Notes under the pieces: generated by a model | What the model saw: only the letters and a program-made list of their open reading frames with translations | Database searches by the model: none | What the model was told of the DNA's origin: nothing | Position numbers and translations under genes: made by a program | Assembly: GCA_965220965.1 (NCBI GenBank) | Contig: CBDCRI010000001.1 | Location: 293,532 to 357,531 of the forward strand | Direction: 5' to 3' | Source of the DNA: Candidatus Marinacidobacterium sp. | Lineage (GTDB): Bacteria > Acidobacteriota > Vicinamibacteria > Marinacidobacterales > Marinacidobacteraceae | DNA: 64,000 nt | In this document: piece after piece, positions 58,066 to 64,000 of the stretch | Numbering within the stretch: the stretch's first letter is position 1 | Layout of the letters: the number at the start of each line of letters is the position of its first letter

Positions 58066-58652
58066 GCGCGGTTCGAACCCACGGCAACAGCATGGCAATG
58101 CGCACCAATGTCCTGATAGCGGAAAAGGCCACCAAGGAAGTGTCCAGACTATCAGGGGGCGACATCAGCCTCTAAATCGTCAGTGGCTGGCGGCGTGGAT
58201 CTTGTTTCGCATGTTGCGGGAGGGCGAAAGGGTTGGGCTTGTGCCGATGCCCCTTCCTGGTTCGGCAGCCGGCCGAACTCAACGTCGGGTTCGACCTCCG
58301 CATCCAGGGCCGCTCCCGCCTCTGGCAGTACGCCTTCGGCGCCCTAGGCGCGGTGCCAGAAAGCCACCGCGTCGGCGGCTCGGCGGAGCTGATCGGCAGC
58401 GACGGCCTTTCCGAGCGGCCGCAGCGCCTCCTGGAGGTCCGCTTCCGCCCCTTGCTGGCGCGCGTCCCGGACCGCCCGTCCCCGGAGGACGCGTTCCACT
58501 CCCATGACTGCCCCCTGCCTAGGGCGGACCCCTGGCTCAAGGCCGAAGCGGGAGGCAGGCAAGCGCGCGTGCGGGCGCGGCCTCACTCCAGCGCCTTGCC
58601 CGCGCCCAAGCGGCGCGCCGTTGCTTAAATCAAGCCGGACCGGGGCGCACCG

Positions 58653-58664
58653 CCCCCCCCCCCC
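58653..58664. repeat. Homopolymeric C12 tract in the 5' leader of cassette gene P10.
   Basis: TGCTTAAATCAAGCCGGACCGGGGCGCACCG-C12-ACGGAGAGGACGC-ATG. The tract sits between the promoter-like motif and the ribosome-binding site. Confidence 0.9.
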
Positions 58665-58677
58665 ACGGAGAGGACGC

Positions 58678-59784
58678 ATGGCGCAGCGCACCAACCGAAT
58701 GACCCCCGAGGAGGCCCGCGAGGCCATCGTTGCGGGCGCCTGCCCGGAGGGGGCGTCGGTCGACGGGCGGCTGCTGCTGGAGGACGCGGACTCGCTGACC
58801 GAGCTGCCGCGCGGCCTGCGGGTCGACGGCGAGCTTTGGATCCGCGGGTGCAACCGGCTGCGGCTGCTGCCCGCCGGGCTTTCCGCGCAGGCGCTGCGGG
58901 TGGAGGCCTGCTCCCTCATGGAGGGGTTCGCCCCGGACTTCGGCGGCGCCTTCGGCGCGCCGCGTTGGGTCCACTTCGAGAGCTGCCCATCGCTGCACAG
59001 CCTTCCCGACGCCCTGAGCGCGGGGGGCGACCTCTCGCTGGTCGGCTGCCATAGGCTCACGGCGCTGCCCCGAAGCCTGTCGGCGCGCTCGGTGCTGGTC
59101 GGCGACTGCGCCGCCTTGGAGGGGTTCCACGCCGACGCCAGCGCCTTCGAGGCCGCGGGGACCGTGAGGTTCCTGAACTGCCCCTCGCTGCACCGCTTCC
59201 CGGAAAGCCTGGCCGTCGGCCGCGACCTGCTGCTGATCGACTGCCCGCGCGCATGGGCGAGCCCCGCGGGGGAGCCCGGCGGCGCGCCGCGGCGGCTGTC
59301 CGTGGGCGGCACCGCCACCCTCGAGCGGTGCGCGGCGCTGTCGCGGCTCCCGGAGGACGCCGCCATCGGCGTGCGCCTCTACGTGGACCGGTGCCACCGC
59401 CTGGAGCGGCTGGGCGGGCTCGACGGGCCGCGCCCGCTACGCGTCGGCTTCGGCTGCAGCGTCGAGCGCTGCCAGGGGCTGCGGCGCATCGACCACATCG
59501 CGTTCAGGCGCTTTGGCTCGCTGGAGGTCGTCCACTGCCTGCGGGTCGAGGCCATCGGGGACGGCGTGAGGCCCCAGCGCAAGCTGCGCCTGGTGGGCTG
59601 CGGCGCGCTGGAGCGGCTGCCCGCCGCGCTCTCCCTCGACGGCGCCCTGGTCGCCCGCGACTGCCCCTCCCTGGCGGGGCCGCAGGGCGTTTCGGCCCCG
59701 ATCGTGGCGGCTGAGGGCACGACGCCGCGCTGGGAGGGCGCGGAGGCGGCGGCCGCCAAGGCGGACGCCGGCCCCTCCCCCTGA
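58678..59784 (+). CDS. Cassette-family member P10 (368 aa).
   Basis: MAQRTNRMTPEEAREAIVAGACPEGASVDGRLLLEDADSLTELPRGLRVDGELWIRGCNRLRLLP...GTTPRWEGAE. Confidence 0.7.
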   Translation: MAQRTNRMTPEEAREAIVAGACPEGASVDGRLLLEDADSLTELPRGLRVDGELWIRGCNRLRLLPAGLSAQALRVEACSLMEGFAPDFGGAFGAPRWVHFESCPSLHSLPDALSAGGDLSLVGCHRLTALPRSLSARSVLVGDCAALEGFHADASAFEAAGTVRFLNCPSLHRFPESLAVGRDLLLIDCPRAWASPAGEPGGAPRRLSVGGTATLERCAALSRLPEDAAIGVRLYVDRCHRLERLGGLDGPRPLRVGFGCSVERCQGLRRIDHIAFRRFGSLEVVHCLRVEAIGDGVRPQRKLRLVGCGALERLPAALSLDGALVARDCPSLAGPQGVSAPIVAAEGTTPRWEGAEAAAAKADAGPSP

Positions 59785-59839
59785 GCCGGCCCGGCCCGAT
59801 TTGCTCTAATGGGGGCATCGCATTGCCAAGGAAGGCGCC

Positions 59840-60550
59840 ATGGCGGGAGGGAGCCGCAGCATGTCCCCGGCACAGGCCCGGGCCGCGATCCTCGCGGGGG
59901 ACTGCCCGGACGGGGCGGTCGTCGAAGGGCCTCTCTGGCTGCTGCCGGGGGACGGCGGGGGCGTGCTGCCCGAGGGGCTGACCGTTGAGGGGGAGATGGT
60001 CCTCGATGGCTGGGACGGGATCAGGCACCTGCCCCCCGGGCTGTCCGCGCGCTCGCTCTGGATCCAGCGGTGCGCGGCGCTGGAGGGCTTCCATCCGGCC
60101 TTCGGGGGCGCCTTCCACGTGCCCGGGGACCTGCTCCTGATCGACTGCCCCGCCCTGCACGCCTTTCCCGCCGAGCTGAGCGTCGGCGGCGGCCTGCGCC
60201 TCGAACGCTGCCCGAGGGCCTGGTCGGGCGGGGCGGGCGCCGCCGGGGCGCCCCCCGCAAGGCTCAGGGTGGCGGGCGAGCTACGGCTGAAGAGCTGCGG
60301 GCGGCTGTCCGCGCTGCCCCCGGAGTTGGACGTCGGCGGCAGCCTGCGGATCACCGATTGCCCCGCGCTCAAGGACATCCGCCCGCGGCGCTGCGTGGGC
60401 CAGGTCCAAATCGAGAGCCGCGAGCCGGTGCGGGGCGTGGGAACGCTCTCCTTCAAGCCCTTGGGGGCGCTGCTGCACCCGCCCGCCGGCAGCGCCCTGC
60501 GGCGGAAGGCCCGACCCAATGGAGGGAAGCCCCATGGCCCAGGCCATTGA
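59840..60550 (+). CDS. Cassette-family member P11 (short variant, 236 aa, divergent C-terminus).
   Basis: MSPAQARAAILAGDCPDGAVVEGPLWLLP...GIRHLPPGLSARSLWIQRCAALEGF. Lacks the GTTPRW tail. Confidence 0.55.
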   Translation: MAGGSRSMSPAQARAAILAGDCPDGAVVEGPLWLLPGDGGGVLPEGLTVEGEMVLDGWDGIRHLPPGLSARSLWIQRCAALEGFHPAFGGAFHVPGDLLLIDCPALHAFPAELSVGGGLRLERCPRAWSGGAGAAGAPPARLRVAGELRLKSCGRLSALPPELDVGGSLRITDCPALKDIRPRRCVGQVQIESREPVRGVGTLSFKPLGALLHPPAGSALRRKARPNGGKPHGPGH

Positions 60551-61439
60551 ACTGACCGAGGCCGAGGCCCGCGAGGCCATACTGAAGGGGACGTGCCCGG
60601 AAGGCGCGGCGGTGGACGGGGGCCTCGCCTTCGAGCGGAAGGGCGCGTTGGTCGAGCTGCCCGAGGCGCTCAGGGTCCGCGGGACGCTGCGCATCAGCGG
60701 CTGCGACCGGATCAGGCGCCTGCCGGCCGGGCTGGACGCCGACGCCGTGCTGGTCGAGGAGTGCCCCGTTCTTGAGGGGACCGACCCCTCCAGGGGGGCG
60801 ACCCTGACCGTGAGGCGCGACCTCTCCTTCCTCAACTGCCCGTCCCTGGCGCGCTTCCCGGACCGGCTCAAGGTCGGGGGCAGCCTGTCCATGGCGAACT
60901 GCCCGCAGGCCTGGTCGCAGCCGGCCGGACGGCCAGGAGGCCCGCCCGAGGCCCTGCGCACGGGCGGCGACGTGACCCTGCACGCCTGCGCCGCCCTGCG
61001 GCACCTCCCGGACGCCCTTCGCGTCGGCGGCTCCCTCATCATCCTGGAGTGCCAGTCGCTGGAGGCCCTGCAAGACGGATACCCGGGCGGGCGCTGGCTC
61101 TTCGGCCATGCGGTCGTCATCAGGGGCTGCCACAACCTGCGCCGCGTCGGCGGGCTCAGGCACGAGAGCGCCGGCGAGCTTCAGGTCGAGCACTGCGCCG
61201 CCTTGGAGGAGATCGGCTCGGACGTCGGCCCGCTGCGCGTCCTCGGCCTGCGGAACTGCCCGTCGCTGCAGCGCCTGCCGGACAATCTGCCGGACGACGG
61301 CTGGCTCTCGGCCCGCGATTGCCCGTCGCTCCGGCCGCCGACGGGGTTGGCGGTTCGGGCCGCCTTCAAGCCGTCGGGCACCACGCCGCGCTGGACGGCG
61401 GGCGGCCCCGCGAAGCCGGCACGCCAGCCGGCCCCGTGA
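60534..61439 (+). CDS. Cassette-family member P12.
   Basis: MAQAIELTEAEAREAILKGTCPEGAAVDGGLAFERKGALVELPEALRVRGTLRISGCDRIRRLP...GTTPRWTAGG. Confidence 0.7.
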   Translation: MAQAIELTEAEAREAILKGTCPEGAAVDGGLAFERKGALVELPEALRVRGTLRISGCDRIRRLPAGLDADAVLVEECPVLEGTDPSRGATLTVRRDLSFLNCPSLARFPDRLKVGGSLSMANCPQAWSQPAGRPGGPPEALRTGGDVTLHACAALRHLPDALRVGGSLIILECQSLEALQDGYPGGRWLFGHAVVIRGCHNLRRVGGLRHESAGELQVEHCAALEEIGSDVGPLRVLGLRNCPSLQRLPDNLPDDGWLSARDCPSLRPPTGLAVRAAFKPSGTTPRWTAGGPAKPARQPAP

Positions 61440-61493
61440 CGGCGGCGAGGCCCGATCGGCAAGGCGCCCCGCCGGAAACCGCAACCCAGGGAG

Positions 61494-62408
61494 ATGAAGC
61501 GCATGGAGACGGCGATCGAACTGACGCGGGGGGTGCGCGAGGCCATCCTGAGGGGGGCGTGCCCGCAGGGCGCGGCCGTGGCCGGCGACCTCGTGCTCGA
61601 GGGCGAGGCCGCATTGACGGAGCTGCCGAGGGCGCTCACGGTCCATGGGACGCTGCGCATCGCCGGCTGCCACCGGCTCAGGCGCCTGCCTGTCGGCCTG
61701 GCGGCGGACAGCATCCACATCGAGAACTGCGCCGTCCTTGAGGGGGTGGCCCCAGCCACCGGGGCGGAACTGCGCGTGCGGCGGGACCTGACGTTCAGCC
61801 GATGCCCCTCCCTTGCGCGCTTCCCGGACCAGATCACGGTGGGCGGCAGCCTGTCCATCGCGGACTGCCCGCAGGCGTGGGCGCAGCCGAACGGGCAACC
61901 CGGAGGGCCGCCCTACGGCCTCAAGGCGGGCGGGGACGTGTCCCTGCAACGCTGCGCGGCCCTGCGGCACCTGCCGACGCGCATGCTCGTCGGCGGCTCC
62001 CTCAACATCGCCGAGTGCCACTCGCTGAGCAGCGTTGGCGAGGCATGGCTCGGCGCCGCGCCCATGCCCGAGGTCGGCGCCGTCTGGATCACGAGCTGCC
62101 ACGGCCTGCGTCGCGTCGGCGGGCTGGCGTTTGCGCAGGACGGGGAGCTTGACGTCGAGGACTGCGTCGCCCTGGAGGCCGTGGCGGACGACGTGGGGCC
62201 CCTGCACACCCTCGCCCTCAAGGGCTGCCCGTCGCTCAAGCGCCTGCCCCGCGGGCTGCCGCCCGACGGCTGGCTCTCGGCCCGCGACTGCCCGCTCCTC
62301 GAGCCGCCGCCGGAGCCTGCGGTCCGGGCCGCCTTGGAGACGTCGGGCACCACGCCGCGCTGGGCGCCGGCCAGCGCCGGGCGCCGGCCCCGGCCACCCT
62401 CCCCCTGA
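61494..62408 (+). CDS. Cassette-family member P13.
   Basis: METAIELTRGVREAILRGACPQGAAVAGDLVLEGEAALTELPRALTVHGTLRIAGCHRLRRLP...GTTPRWAPAS. Confidence 0.7.
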   Translation: MKRMETAIELTRGVREAILRGACPQGAAVAGDLVLEGEAALTELPRALTVHGTLRIAGCHRLRRLPVGLAADSIHIENCAVLEGVAPATGAELRVRRDLTFSRCPSLARFPDQITVGGSLSIADCPQAWAQPNGQPGGPPYGLKAGGDVSLQRCAALRHLPTRMLVGGSLNIAECHSLSSVGEAWLGAAPMPEVGAVWITSCHGLRRVGGLAFAQDGELDVEDCVALEAVADDVGPLHTLALKGCPSLKRLPRGLPPDGWLSARDCPLLEPPPEPAVRAALETSGTTPRWAPASAGRRPRPPSP

Positions 62409-62537
62409 GACCCTCGGCGAAGCCCGCGCCCCCGGCCGGACGCCGACGGGGACCGGACCTGCGGGGGGACGCCCGGCGCGCCCGTTTGCTTTAATGCCCG
62501 CAACGTCCCCGGACCCCATGCCCGAAGGAGCGGCCGC

Positions 62538-62976
62538 CATGGCCAGCGCCACGACCCTGACGACGCCAGAGGCGGCGCGCGACGCCATCCAGAGCGGCGC
62601 CTGCCCGGAGGGCGCCGTGGCCGACGGCGACCACCGGTTCGCCGAGGCGCCGGGCCCTACCGAGCTGCCCAGGGGGCTGGCGGTTCGCGGCGAGATGCTG
62701 GCCTGGGGCTGCCATCGGTTCAGGCGGCTGCCGCAGGGGCTGTCCGCCGAATCGCCCGTCATTGACGACTGCGCCCTCTTCGAGGGGATCGCGGCGGACT
62801 TCGGGGGCGCCGTCGAGGCGGGCGGCGACACATGCTTCCGCAACTGCGGGTCGCTGGCCCGCTTCCCGACGCCGATGTCCGTCGGCGCGCGCTTCTCCCT
62901 GGTCCTGCGCCCAGTGGCCTGGGGCGGCCCCAACGCGCCGGCCGCAAGGCGCGCCGGCGGTGCGGCCTCCGCATGA
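62538..62976 (+). pseudogene. Truncated cassette-family member P14 (146 aa).
   Basis: MASATTLTTPEAARDAIQSGACPEGAVADG...WGCHRFRRLPQGLSAESPVIDDCALFEGI, then premature termination. Confidence 0.5.
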
Positions 62977-63539
62977 CCGGGCGCGCGCCCTCCCCCGACG
63001 GGGTCGGCATGGGCCTTGCGCTCATGGGCCAGGCGCAGGCGCTGTGGCGATTCGCGGCGTTCGCCGAGGACGCCGAGCGCGAAAGCGGGGACGCCCAGTC
63101 CGAAGAGGCGCTCTTCCTGGGCGCCTTGCTGGGCGTCCCAATCCTGCTCGCCTTGGCCGTCGAGATCGCGCTGAAGGCGTGGCAGGCCCGGGACAGCGGC
63201 GACCACGACCGCGGCCGCGACGGCCACCACCTGCTGAAGCTCTACGGCAGCCGGCGCATCAAGGCGGAATCCAAGGCCGAGATCGGGGCCGCCGTCGAAG
63301 GCGTGCCCTTCTGGACGGGCCATCCCGTCGCCGCTGGCGGCCCACCGGATCTCTTGATGCAATTTCCGCCGGACGCGGAGACGTACATCCGCGCCGTGCT
63401 TGGGGCGCACGCCACGACCTTCGTGGACGCCCGATACCACGTTGAGACCCTGTCGAGACGGAAGGGCATGACGGTCTGGACCAGCCATCTGCACAGGGTG
63501 CTCAAGGCGCTCATTCAGGCCTTCCCGGGCGCCGCTTGA
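62973..63539 (+). CDS. Hypothetical protein (188 aa); start overlaps the P14 stop (ATGA).
   Basis: MTGRAPSPDGVGMGLALMG... with predicted hydrophobic segments. Contains an RGRDGHH stretch (weak HEPN-like R-x4-H). Confidence 0.35.
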   Translation: MTGRAPSPDGVGMGLALMGQAQALWRFAAFAEDAERESGDAQSEEALFLGALLGVPILLALAVEIALKAWQARDSGDHDRGRDGHHLLKLYGSRRIKAESKAEIGAAVEGVPFWTGHPVAAGGPPDLLMQFPPDAETYIRAVLGAHATTFVDARYHVETLSRRKGMTVWTSHLHRVLKALIQAFPGAA

Positions 63540-63717
63540 AGGCGTCCGCCCCGTGAGACCCAGCACATGGAAGCACGCTCCAGTCGCCCTTCGCCTCCCG
63601 GCCGGCATGGAAGCAGGCAATGAAGGCCCCCTGCCCCCGGCACCGCACTCCGCCAAGGGCAAGGGGAGCCCCCCCCACCCAGCGCCGCCGTGACGGGGCC
63701 TGAACGGAGCCAGAGAA

Positions 63718-64000
63718 ATGAGCGACGAGACCACCTACCACTGGATCGACAGCCCGGACGCCGTTGGGCGGCAGGAGGAGATCTTCGGGGCCGGCGCGGC
63801 CCTGCACGGGGTTTGGCTGGACAGGGAGAACGCGGAGGCCGAGGCGGAGGACTGCGCCGCCGAGCTGGAGCAGATGGACGCGGACGGCAGCTACGCCGGG
63901 GTGACCTATCATGTTGAGTCAGGCCCCTGCCTGCCGGACTGGGCGCGGTTCGACGTTGCGGAGTACCTGATCGACGCGCACGGGATCGAACACCCAACCC
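63718..64000 (+). CDS. Hypothetical protein, 3' end beyond the window.
   Basis: ATG at 63718. The frame is open to the window end (MSDETTYHWIDSPDAVGRQEEIFGAG...). Confidence 0.35.
   Translation, partial: MSDETTYHWIDSPDAVGRQEEIFGAGAALHGVWLDRENAEAEAEDCAAELEQMDADGSYAGVTYHVESGPCLPDWARFDVAEYLIDAHGIEHPT

Noticed and set aside
58172-58628. ORFs 58172..58540 (minus) and 58233..58628 (plus) between the PIN-like module and P10.
   Set aside because: No motifs, conflicting strands and overlap with the P10 promoter region. Probably intergenic; left unannotated at low confidence.

Overview
This is a high-GC (roughly 65-70%) accessory region from an unidentified proteobacterium, and it reads as a defense and mobile-function island with little core metabolism. 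From left to right it contains: (1) a C-terminally truncated SNF2-family helicase and a GNAT acetyltransferase frameshifted at a 12-nt poly-C/G tract. (2) A 1735-aa fusion of a DEDD exonuclease, a RecQ helicase and a UvrD-like helicase. (3) An AbiEi/AbiEii pair, two small operons of unknown function, tandem DUF2513-like paralogs, an M48/PDZ lipoprotein protease, a zeta-toxin pair, a stand-alone nucleotidyltransferase and a secreted tandem-repeat protein. (4) A type I CRISPR-Cas locus: a WYL regulator, then cas6, an HD-bearing Cas10d-like large subunit, cas7, cas5, a helicase-only cas3', cas4, cas1, cas2, and a 23-repeat array of 28-bp repeats. (5) A second AbiEii-like nucleotidyltransferase. 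(6) Four tandem leader-array modules of type I-E-like 29-bp repeats with no cas genes nearby. (7) Two paralogous Cys-rich proteins with an internally duplicated domain. (8) A Fic protein preceded by twin palindromic operators. (9) A tandem family of at least 14 paralogous ~300-aa cysteine-containing LRR-like repeat proteins, many with their own TGnTAnAAT-CCC promoter-like motif, interrupted by an orphan C5 DNA methyltransferase, a HipA kinase, frameshifted or truncated family members and a low-GC PIN-like module. The paralog cassette array, the I-B-order/I-D-architecture CRISPR-Cas locus, the multiplied-leader I-E arrays and the Exo-RecQ-UvrD fusion are the most unusual elements.
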